Source of the DNA: Gammaproteobacteria bacterium
Lineage (GTDB): Bacteria; Pseudomonadota; Gammaproteobacteria; Eutrophobiales; Eutrophobiaceae
Length of the DNA: 64,000 nucleotides
Direction: 5' to 3'
NCBI GenBank assembly: GCA_965205405.1
Contig: OZ242169.1
Span: forward strand, 136,896 to 200,895
Shown here: positions 40,243 through 48,443 of the stretch, in pieces
Layout of the letters: each line of letters begins with the position of its first letter
Position numbering within the stretch: position 1 is the first letter of the stretch
Notes under the pieces: model-generated
What the model was told of the DNA's origin: nothing
Databases searched by the model: none
Seen by the model: the letters and a program-made list of their open reading frames with translations, nothing else
Program-made: the position numbers and the translations under genes

Positions 40243-41193
40243 ATGAAACATCTCATTACTGTCAGCGTAATCTTTCTGGCCGGCATTCAGCTTGCCTATG
40301 CTGCCAGCGGCCGTATCTTTGTCACCAATGAGCGGAGTAACAATATCTCCGTCATAGACGGCGCCTCGCTGGAAATCGAAAAAACCATTGAAGTCGGCGA
40401 CCGCCCCAGAGGGATCGGCATCTCACCCGATGGCACTGAGTTATATGTCGCGGTCAGTGAAGAAAGCGTCATCGCGGTTATCGACTTGAAGACACTGGAA
40501 CTACTGCGGAAATTCAAGGCCGGGTCCGACCCGGAAACCTTCGCGGTGCACCCGAATGGAAATATCTATATCTCCAACGAGGATGATGCAAAGGCAACTG
40601 TCTTTAATCCTGTCACGGGTGAACAGATAGCGGAGATCCAGGTGGGCCTGGAGCCGGAGGGCGTAGCTATTTCCCCCGATGGCAAGTACGTGATAGTCAC
40701 CAGTGAGTCGACCAACATGCTGCACGTCATACAGGTGCCCGAGCACACCATTGTCGCCAACATCCTGGTCGGCGCCAGGCCGCGCGCTGCCGTATTCACT
40801 AATGACGGCAGCCTGGCATTCGCCACTTCCGAGATTAGTGGCGAGGTCAAAAAGATCGACATGGTGAGCCACGAAATTATTGCGGTGAAGAAAATTGCGG
40901 ACGAAAAGGCCAAGCCCAAGGACGTGATCCTGAATAAGGATGAAACCAAGCTTTACGTAGCAGGCGGCCGGGCCAACCAGGTAATCGTCCTGAACGCTGA
41001 TACGATGGAATTCATCAAGGGGATTCCGGTAGGAAAACGAGTCTGGGGACTGGCAATCTCAAAGGACGGCAGCCGGGTGTTCAGCACCAATGGCGTCAGC
41101 GGCACCGTTTCCGTTATCGACACCGGGAAGGACGAGGTCATCAAGACTATTGAGGTCGGCAAGTTCCCCTGGGGTGTGGTGATTGACGACTAG
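40243..41193 (+). CDS. PQQ-dependent catabolism-associated YVTN beta-propeller protein
   Basis: Signal peptide and repeated VTNE…ISVID / G.RPRG / G.EPEGV / VG.RVWG blades ending GKFPWGVVI. Confidence 0.85.
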   Translation: MKHLITVSVIFLAGIQLAYAASGRIFVTNERSNNISVIDGASLEIEKTIEVGDRPRGIGISPDGTELYVAVSEESVIAVIDLKTLELLRKFKAGSDPETFAVHPNGNIYISNEDDAKATVFNPVTGEQIAEIQVGLEPEGVAISPDGKYVIVTSESTNMLHVIQVPEHTIVANILVGARPRAAVFTNDGSLAFATSEISGEVKKIDMVSHEIIAVKKIADEKAKPKDVILNKDETKLYVAGGRANQVIVLNADTMEFIKGIPVGKRVWGLAISKDGSRVFSTNGVSGTVSVIDTGKDEVIKTIEVGKFPWGVVIDD

Positions 41194-41196
41194 ATA

Positions 41197-41312
41197 GTCC
41201 ATTCCTGCGCAAGCAGGAATCCATAAATAATAAATGGGGTCAGAGTAAAAATACCGGCATTGATCGGTACTGTTAACTCTTGCTGTGTATTTTTACTCTG
41301 ACCCCATTTATT
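41197..41312. repeat. Family IV hairpin (41197-41223) next to a family I element (32-bp core)
   Basis: ATTCCTGCGCAAGCAGGAATCCA, then TGGGGTCAGAGTAAAAATAC (41235-41254) with its inverse at 41287-41306. Confidence 0.85.
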
Positions 41313-41319
41313 CCAGTCT

Positions 41320-42141
41320 TTATTCAGGTTTTGTAAACTTCATTGTCATCCTGTCGCTCTCTCCGATAGACGCATACTTTTCACGATCCTGATCCTTCAT
41401 CCTGTAGGTGGGCGGTAAAGTCCAGACGCCTTTTTCATAGTCCTTGGTATCCCTGGGATTCGCATTGATCTCCGCCTTATCGACAAACTCAAGCCCGGCC
41501 TGTTGCGCCAGGCGGATGACTTCGGCCTCGGGCACATAACCCTGTTTTGACCATTGCTTGCCGACCATGTGTTCCTCGCCCCTGTGGGTTACCAGACCCA
41601 GTATGCCTCCCGGTTTGAGTACTTTGTATATCGCAGCAAAAACCTGGTCCGCCGTATCGTTATTCAGCCAGTTATGGACATTGCGAAAGGTCAAAACCAT
41701 GTCCGCCTGGCCTTCCGGTTGTAGTACCGGTTTGTTCGGAGGCGCAAATTCAAACATATTGACTTTGCCGTATATCTCCGGATCAGACGCCAACTTGTCC
41801 GCATATTTTTTGTAGCTACGGCGGTAGTATTCAATCTCGGATTCACTGTCGTAGCTTCCCACGTAGAATTTCCCGTTATCTCTTAAGTAAGGCGCCAGTA
41901 TTTCGGAATACCAGCCGCCTGAGCCCGGGGATATTTCGACCACCGTCAGGTCATTGCGGATACCAAACCAGTCAAGAGTCTTTGCCGGGTTGCGGTACTG
42001 GTTGCGCGACTTATAGGCATCTGAACGGTGGTCGCCGTTGGCGAGCGCCATAAGTTGGTCAACATTGTCAGCGGTAACCACCTGGCTCGCAGGCAGGCCC
42101 AGGACCGCAATTAATATGAACAGATATTGGTTCAGCTTCAT
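41320..42141 (-). CDS. Periplasmic class I SAM-dependent methyltransferase-like protein (COG4798 type)
   Basis: Signal peptide, RNQYRNPAKTL…VVEISPGSGGWYSEILAP, DMVLTFRNVHNW and IGESDRMTMKF motifs. Confidence 0.85.
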   Translation of the reverse strand: MKLNQYLFILIAVLGLPASQVVTADNVDQLMALANGDHRSDAYKSRNQYRNPAKTLDWFGIRNDLTVVEISPGSGGWYSEILAPYLRDNGKFYVGSYDSESEIEYYRRSYKKYADKLASDPEIYGKVNMFEFAPPNKPVLQPEGQADMVLTFRNVHNWLNNDTADQVFAAIYKVLKPGGILGLVTHRGEEHMVGKQWSKQGYVPEAEVIRLAQQAGLEFVDKAEINANPRDTKDYEKGVWTLPPTYRMKDQDREKYASIGESDRMTMKFTKPE

Positions 42142-42212
42142 CTCTCATTCCCTCCGTTATACCGGTTAATGCGTATATGTTACCCTGTCTTCCGATTGTT
42201 GGAAAATATCAA

Positions 42213-42986
42213 ATGAAACAAACAGCCGTCATAACGGGAGCCGGCGCCGGCATCGGCAAGGCCTGTGCACGATACTTTGCAAAACAGGGTTATCGCGTTG
42301 TTGTGACGGATATCGATCCGGACCGCGCCGCAAAGACGACTGCTGAAATCAACGAGGCAGGAGGGGATGCTATCGGCATAACCGGTGATATATCCGCTGA
42401 GGCGACTGCACTGGAAATCAGGGAAAAAACCCTTGGCGCATGGGGGCGGATAGACGTGCTGGTCGCCAACGCGGGGATACAAACCGGCGGCAGCCTGCTC
42501 GACACCGGGGAGCGGGACTGGGACAAGGTGATTGCCGTCAACCTGAAAGGCGTGGCGCATTCCTGCAAATCGATCCTGCCGGCCATGAGGGAACAACAAT
42601 ACGGGGCGATTGTTATCGTCTCCTCAGTGAATGCCTCGGTCGGATCGGCCGGCATGGCCATGTATGACGCAAGCAAGGCCGCAGTGCTGGCGCTGATGCG
42701 CAATCTGGCGGTTGAAAACGGCGAGTATGGCATCAGGGTGAATGCCGTCGCGCCGGGCGCGACGCTAACCGATTATCACCTGCAACGGGCGGCAACCCGG
42801 GGAATGACTGCAGAGCAACTACGCGAGGCCACTCAGGGCTACGGCCTGCTAGGCCGCGCCGCGGAACCGGAAGAGATTGCCCGCGCCATCTGTTTCCTGG
42901 CTTCGGATCAAGCGTCTTTCATTACCGGCCAGACATTGTTCGTGGACGGCGGCTTTTCGGTCACCAGCAATCGCCAGCTCGCCTGA
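42213..42986 (+). CDS. Short-chain dehydrogenase/reductase (SDR)
   Basis: TGAGAGIG, NAG, YDASK and IRVNAVAPG motifs; start at the ATG at 42213. Confidence 0.93.
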   Translation: MKQTAVITGAGAGIGKACARYFAKQGYRVVVTDIDPDRAAKTTAEINEAGGDAIGITGDISAEATALEIREKTLGAWGRIDVLVANAGIQTGGSLLDTGERDWDKVIAVNLKGVAHSCKSILPAMREQQYGAIVIVSSVNASVGSAGMAMYDASKAAVLALMRNLAVENGEYGIRVNAVAPGATLTDYHLQRAATRGMTAEQLREATQGYGLLGRAAEPEEIARAICFLASDQASFITGQTLFVDGGFSVTSNRQLA

Positions 42987-42998
42987 GGCACCATAACC

Positions 42999-43988
42999 AT
43001 GCCGGACAGAATTAAATGGGGTATTCTGGGGACCGGTCGCATAGCCGGAAAGTTTGCCGTTGCCTTAAACAATCTCGAGGATGCCCAACTGTACGGGGTA
43101 GGCTCCAGATCCGAAGAGAATGCTGCCGCGTTTTCCGATGAATATTCGGTGCCGAAACGTTTTCATGATTATAAGAGTCTGGCCGCCGACCCTGATATTG
43201 ACGTCGTATATATTGCCACTCCCCATTCCCTGCATAAGGAAAACTGCCTGATGTGTCTGGAGCATGGCAAAGCGGTGTTATGTGAGAAACCGTTCACCGT
43301 CAATGCCGCTGAAGCGTCTACGGTCATCAAGTTCGCCCGTGAACGGCGGCTTTTTCTCATGGAAGCGATGTGGACCCGTTTCATTCCCGCGGCGATTAAA
43401 TTAAAAGAGATTGTTGCGGGTAACGTCATCGGCGATATTCAGTATCTGTTTGCCGGCGGCGCAATCATACCCGATTTTGAACCGGATTTTTATGTGTTCA
43501 GAAGAGAACTGGGTGGCGGTGTGCTGCTCGATGCCGGCGTTTACCTGATTTCACTGGCATCCTGGCTGCTGGGCTACCCTGATAAAATCCAGTCCGTAGG
43601 CAGGTTGAACAGCCGCGGTGTCGACGATCACGATGCCCTCCTGCTGGAGTACAACTCCGGTGCCATTGCCAGCTTGTACGTCTCAATGCGCACCAAATAC
43701 CGCCCGGACATCACCGTCCTGGGCAGCAAGGGAAAGATTTATGTCCACCCGCCTTTGTTCTGTCCCAGCAAAATCACACTGAACCTGTTCGATGCGGAAG
43801 AAACCGAAATAAGCCTACCGTTCGATTCCAACGGCTATCAATTCGAGGTCATGGAAGTCAACCGCTGCATAAGAGAAGGAAAAACGGAAAGTGATGTCAT
43901 GCCGCTGGATGAGACACTGGCCATCATGCGGGTGATGGATGAGATACGGGAGCAGTTCGGCCTGAAATATCCGATGGAAGCATCCTGA
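42999..43988 (+). CDS. Gfo/Idh/MocA-family oxidoreductase
   Basis: WGILGTGRIA, VYIATPHSLH, LCEKP, MEAMWTRF and GGGVLLDAGVY motifs. Confidence 0.92.
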   Translation: MPDRIKWGILGTGRIAGKFAVALNNLEDAQLYGVGSRSEENAAAFSDEYSVPKRFHDYKSLAADPDIDVVYIATPHSLHKENCLMCLEHGKAVLCEKPFTVNAAEASTVIKFARERRLFLMEAMWTRFIPAAIKLKEIVAGNVIGDIQYLFAGGAIIPDFEPDFYVFRRELGGGVLLDAGVYLISLASWLLGYPDKIQSVGRLNSRGVDDHDALLLEYNSGAIASLYVSMRTKYRPDITVLGSKGKIYVHPPLFCPSKITLNLFDAEETEISLPFDSNGYQFEVMEVNRCIREGKTESDVMPLDETLAIMRVMDEIREQFGLKYPMEAS

Positions 43989-44022
43989 AGTGAGTATATA
44001 ATGTATTCGTTTCCAGGCTACC

Positions 44023-44065
44023 GTCATTCTGGCTTAGCGTCATTCTGGCGAATGCCAGAATCCAG
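44023..44065. repeat. Family IV hairpin GTCATTCTGGCGAATGCCAGAATCCAG with a stuttered partial copy
   Basis: Full copy at 44039-44065, partial at 44023-44033. Confidence 0.75.
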
Positions 44066-44091
44066 AGGGTAGCTTCCCGCAACAACATAAT

Positions 44092-44164
44092 GCCGGATTA
44101 GCTCAGTTGGTAGAGCGCCCGCCTTGTAAGCGGATGGTCGGCGGTTCGAATCCGTCATCCGGCA
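44092..44164 (+). tRNA. tRNA-Thr (anticodon TGT), CCA not encoded
   Basis: Cloverleaf: acceptor GCCGGAT/ATCCGGC, D-arm GCTC/GAGC, anticodon loop CT-TGT-AA, T-loop TTCGAAT; followed by A-TCA. Confidence 0.9.
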
Positions 44165-44238
44165 TCACTTATTAGTTTTATATATTCTCTTTACTTCCTT
44201 TATAGTACATATAACCATTTGTATATAATGGTTTTTTA

Positions 44239-44754
44239 GGTACTGACAACTTAACTCTTTTGGCCCAGTAGAAATTCATTGTTCGGAATCAAGCGACTGC
44301 TTTTGTCCATTGTCCAAAGGCATCTATCCTGAGTTTTTTGTAATGCTCAGCACGTACAAGATGTCGTCCAAGGTTGAAAAGATTGTAGACCGCTGCGTGG
44401 ACATTCAGAAATCGCTGAGCCTGCGCAGTTGACTTGAAGCGCCTCATCCCGCGTTCTCTGACTCTGGTCGGCTGATGAGATAATTCCTTTGCTGCCGCTC
44501 CATCACGGCGCGATTGTAGAAATACATCAATCACTTCACCCTCCTGGCAACCTGTTATTGGCATATGTGCTGTGTTATGGATAGTGTTCGGGATCAGCTC
44601 ACGCTGTGCCAGCAGGTCTTCAATATCCCGGTGGCTAAGATTGAATCGAAAGTAAAGCCAGACTGCATAACTAATGATATCGGGGGGAAACCGATGACGT
44701 TTATATGTATTCATTCCCGCATTATCCATTTTCGGGAGTTAATTTGTCAGTACC
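44239..44754 (-). mobile_element. IS6-family element, internally deleted and scrambled (516 bp)
   Basis: TIRs GGTACTGACAA(C/A)TTAACTC at both ends; transposase fragments HRFPPDIISYAVWLY and RVRERGMRRFKS. Confidence 0.9.
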
Positions 44755-44850
44755 CGCGGCGCATAGACGAATGACGGCAACCGGCGTGCGGGTTTCCAGA
44801 CGGGGAGGTGTGCAGGGTTGGACATGGCCAGTTGAAATCTGAATTTAATA

Positions 44851-44900
44851 GTCTCATAATAAGCTCAACTTTAGCTCATTTTAAGTTCAGCTATGGCTCA
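44851..44900. promoter_or_regulatory. Five NN(C/T)TCA direct repeats at exact 11-bp spacing upstream of the Fic gene
   Basis: GTCTCA 44851, AGCTCA 44862, AGCTCA 44873, AGTTCA 44884, GGCTCA 44895. Confidence 0.5.
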
Positions 44901-44959
44901 GGAGGCAGCTGTGACGGGCACCTCCCATGGACTGTTTCTTGAGCGCCTGGATACCGCAA

Positions 44960-46339
44960 ATGAAAAATATGACAAAAAGTGACGTGTCGAAGATCATCGT
45001 TGAGATAGTCAACGGTGCTGAGGACGGACTCAGCAGCACCGATATCCATCAGGCTTTAAAGCGAAGCCTGCGTGGCAAGGCCCCCAGTTACAGTACACTG
45101 AAAAGAAGACTGACCGAGCTTGTGGATGAGGGGATAATCATACACACTGGGAAGACCTGGACTGCAAAATACCGGCCGCTCGCCGAAACACCCGGGCAGG
45201 ACACCATCATTGGCGCTGCACCGTATATCCCCGTCTCAGACGAGAGCAAGGCGATCCGGGAGTATGTACGGCGCCCCATTCAGGGCCGGGAGCCCGTTGG
45301 TTACCGGCGGGAATTCCTGGAGGACTACATACCCAACCATACCGCCTACCTGCCGGATGACATCAGAGCGCATTTGCACAATATAGGAAAACTCAAAGAA
45401 TTGGGGCAGGCCACTGGCGGGACCTATCCGTCTGACTTGGTAAACAGGTTGCTGATAGACCTGTCCTGGGCGTCCAGCAGGCTGGAAGGCAACACCTATT
45501 CAATCCTGGAAACCCGGAACTTGATTGAAGCCGGTAAGGTCGCCGAAGGAAAAGACCACACCGAAACCACGATGATCCTGAATCACAAACGCGCTATAGA
45601 GATGTTAATCGGTGCCGCACAGGATATCGACTTCAACATGTACACAATTCTGAACCTGCACGGCCTTTTGTCAGATAATCTGCTGGGCGACCCGAACGAC
45701 AGTGGACGCCTGCGAAACAAGATTGTTGAGATAGGCGGCTCCGTTTACTTGCCGCTGGGATTCCCACAGCAGGTGGAGCAGTATTTCAGGATGATTCTGG
45801 ACAAGGTCAAGGATATAAAAGACCCGTTTGAGCAGTCTTTCTTCACTATGATGCATTTCCCGTACCTGCAACCGTTTACTGACGTCAACAAGCGGACCGC
45901 GCGACTGGCCGCCAACATCCCGCTGATCAAAAGCAGGCTGTGTCCGTTATCGTTCATAGATGTCCCAGACCGAGACTATATCGAAGGGATGCTCAGTGTG
46001 TACGAATTAACTCAAACCAGCCTGCTGCAGGATGTGTTCGTCTGGGCGTATGAGCGGTCATGTCGGCGCTACACCAACATCAAAGACCATGCTGCCGCAC
46101 CTGATCCGTTCCGACTGAAATACAGGCAACTGCTCGATTCAGTAGTAGGCCGCATCGTAAAGGATCAAATCACAGCCACTACACAATCCATTGCGAGCCT
46201 TACAGCAGGACGTATCCCTGATAAAGATGCCGACAGGTTCATTACGATGGTTGACGGCGAATTGCAGAATCTCCATGAAGGGAAGCTGGTCCAGTATCAT
46301 ATAAGTCTGCCTGAGTTTGAAGAATGGAAACAACTGTAA
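44960..46339 (+). CDS. Fic-family protein with N-terminal HTH region and non-canonical Fic motif
   Basis: LLIDLSWASSRLEGNTYS, TMILNHKRAIE and YLQPFTDVNKRTAR motifs; the ORF could start at 44927. Confidence 0.9.
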   Translation: MKNMTKSDVSKIIVEIVNGAEDGLSSTDIHQALKRSLRGKAPSYSTLKRRLTELVDEGIIIHTGKTWTAKYRPLAETPGQDTIIGAAPYIPVSDESKAIREYVRRPIQGREPVGYRREFLEDYIPNHTAYLPDDIRAHLHNIGKLKELGQATGGTYPSDLVNRLLIDLSWASSRLEGNTYSILETRNLIEAGKVAEGKDHTETTMILNHKRAIEMLIGAAQDIDFNMYTILNLHGLLSDNLLGDPNDSGRLRNKIVEIGGSVYLPLGFPQQVEQYFRMILDKVKDIKDPFEQSFFTMMHFPYLQPFTDVNKRTARLAANIPLIKSRLCPLSFIDVPDRDYIEGMLSVYELTQTSLLQDVFVWAYERSCRRYTNIKDHAAAPDPFRLKYRQLLDSVVGRIVKDQITATTQSIASLTAGRIPDKDADRFITMVDGELQNLHEGKLVQYHISLPEFEEWKQL

Positions 46340-46395
46340 TCGGCGTATCGACCTGATGGTGACGGCGCGTCATCCATACCATCAGGGCAAATACC

Positions 46396-47169
46396 GGTAC
46401 TGACAAATTAACTCCTGTGGCCCAGTAGAAAGTTGTCGTTCGGAATCAAGCAACAGCTATTGACCATTGTCCAAAGGCATCTGTCCTGAGTTTTCTATAA
46501 TGCTCAGCACATACAAGGTGCCGTCCAAGGTTGAAAAGATTGTACATCGCCGCGTGGATAGTCAGAAATCGCTGTGCCTGTGCTGTTGACTTGAAGCGTC
46601 TCATCCCGCGTTCTCTGACTCTGGTCAGCTGATGAGACAACTCCGCCCTATTGTTGGCATACTGTGTCGTGTTATGGATAGTGTTCGGGATCAACTCACG
46701 CTGTGCGACGCCATAGCTTCGCAATTTATCGGTTACAATTTGCCTGGGCTCTTCACCCTGTCTTCGCAGCAAGCGTATAAAGAATCGTTTAGCTGCTGCC
46801 CCATCACGGCGTGATTGTAGAAATACATCAACCACTTCACCATCCTGATCAACAGCTCGCCATAGATATTGTTGCTTGCCGTTTATCTTAACGAAGACTT
46901 CATCGATGTAGAATGTGTCTCCATAGCTTGTGTGTCGGCGCTTCAACCGCCTGGTATAAATCCGACCAAACTTGATACACCATAACCGGATGGATTCATA
47001 GCTGACGATTATTCCACGTTGTGCCAGCAGATCTTCAATATCCCGGTGGCTGAGATTAAATCGAAAGTAAAGTCAGACAGCGTAGCTGATGATAGCGGGT
47101 GGAAACCGGTGACGCTTGTATGTATTCATACCGGCATTATCCATTTTCGGGAGTTAAGTTGTCAGTACC
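46396..47169 (-). mobile_element. IS6-family element (774 bp); transposase has a nonsense mutation
   Basis: TIRs at 46396-46414 and 47151-47169; DDE-region motifs YIDEVFVKING…WRAVDQDG, IVTDKL and NNRAELSHQ; YAV-TGA where copy 1 has YAVW. Confidence 0.92.
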
Positions 47170-47559
47170 CTCGCGTGTATTGATTTCGACTTTTAGCCGA
47201 AGAGGCAATTGAGGAGAGCCTTCGGACACAAATCGGTAGTTGAAGGTGATGCGGGATTCGGTTTGTTTGTACTTCGGTTCACCCAACCACGGATTCAGAA
47301 CCTCGTTCAGTGCGGCCATGACCGGTCCCGCCGGTTCGGCGTTCACCTGGACAAGATCAATATCTTCAGAATACCTTGCCGGTGGCAAGTGGAGTTTAAA
47401 CAGGGCCGTCCCGCCTCGGAAAGCAAGCGCGCTGTGCAATACCTCATTCGAGAATATCTCTATGAGCGCGCGGCTGATGATGAGATCCTGCTCGACTTGC
47501 GCGTCATCAACCCACGGCGCTCGACCCCGCCACTCTGTGATGTAGTCGTACGGGATCAT
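47170..47559 (-). pseudogene. AbiEii/type IV TA nucleotidyltransferase toxin, 3'-truncated by IS6
   Basis: QVEQDLIISRAL, FRGGTAL and RYSEDIDL motifs; after KVEINTRE the frame runs into the IS TIR (GTDNLTPENG). Confidence 0.88.
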
Positions 47560-48371
47560 ATGTCCGGCTCCAGCTCTGCATTCACGACCAACTTCCAGTT
47601 GGGAGTACGGTGGCTGCCTGCGCCCTCATGCCCCGGCAGCAACATCGTATATGCGCGTGCTTGTTCGTGAACGTAGGCCTGGATATGATCGGCAGCGTCT
47701 GCCTGCTTGACCAATTCCAGGATGTAACCGAGCCGCTGGACCCAGGTGATGGGCGCCGTTATCGCAGCTGTTCTTAATGCTGCCGGGTCGATCTCGCTGG
47801 CGAGTTCAGACAGGATTGTCGCGACCTGGTCCAGCCCGCCGACATGTTCCGGGTAACCGACAAGGTCAAGCGCGGTCGCTTCTGGTGTCGAAACGCGGAG
47901 TTCGCCGCGCTCTGTATTGAACGAACGCACCAGTACTTCGTCAATCTTCTTTCGGGCGACGAATTTGATCCGCACTTTCCCGCAACGAATCGGTCTGCGA
48001 TTTCTTGCCAGGAAGATCTGGAATTCCTGTGGGCGTTGGTGGGCCGCCCCGTAGTATTGCGCGGCGGTCAGCAGGCCTGCGTAATAGTTCAGTCCCTTGT
48101 ACTTGATCAGGTCCGGAATGAACTGATCCGCGGGCAGACAGCCCAAGGACCGGTATTCCGGCGGGATGATGACGTAGAATCCGCGGGCGGGAGACGCAAT
48201 CTGCCCTTGTTTGGCGAGCCGATTCAAGGCCAGCTTGCAGGCGTCCGGTGAGACCTTCAGTGCTGCGCGCGCCTCTTCCGAGGTGAAGCTATAATGCCCC
48301 TTCGATGCCAGTTCCGTGATAAGAGCTTTGGCCGTAATGTGTTCCCTTAAATTGGGAGTTCTCCGGTCCAC
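47556..48371 (-). CDS. AbiEi-family type IV TA antitoxin/transcriptional regulator
   Basis: N-terminal wHTH-like region, RGFYVIIPPEY, YYAGLLTAAQYYGAAHQRPQEFQ, VSTPEATALDLV and QRLGYILE motifs; overlaps the toxin start by 4 nt. Confidence 0.87.
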   Translation of the reverse strand: MDRRTPNLREHITAKALITELASKGHYSFTSEEARAALKVSPDACKLALNRLAKQGQIASPARGFYVIIPPEYRSLGCLPADQFIPDLIKYKGLNYYAGLLTAAQYYGAAHQRPQEFQIFLARNRRPIRCGKVRIKFVARKKIDEVLVRSFNTERGELRVSTPEATALDLVGYPEHVGGLDQVATILSELASEIDPAALRTAAITAPITWVQRLGYILELVKQADAADHIQAYVHEQARAYTMLLPGHEGAGSHRTPNWKLVVNAELEPDI

Positions 48372-48443
48372 CAGCTTATCTAATAGTTCCAGAGTGCTCT
48401 GAAGTAGAAAAATCCGCCGTTAAAGCCGTTATGACAATAAGCT

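Noticed and set aside
21511-41312. Family I elements as a CRISPR-like system (constant repeat with about 35-bp spacer)
   Set aside because: The arms are inverted rather than direct, the copies are dispersed rather than tandem, the cores are homologous to each other, and no cas genes are present.
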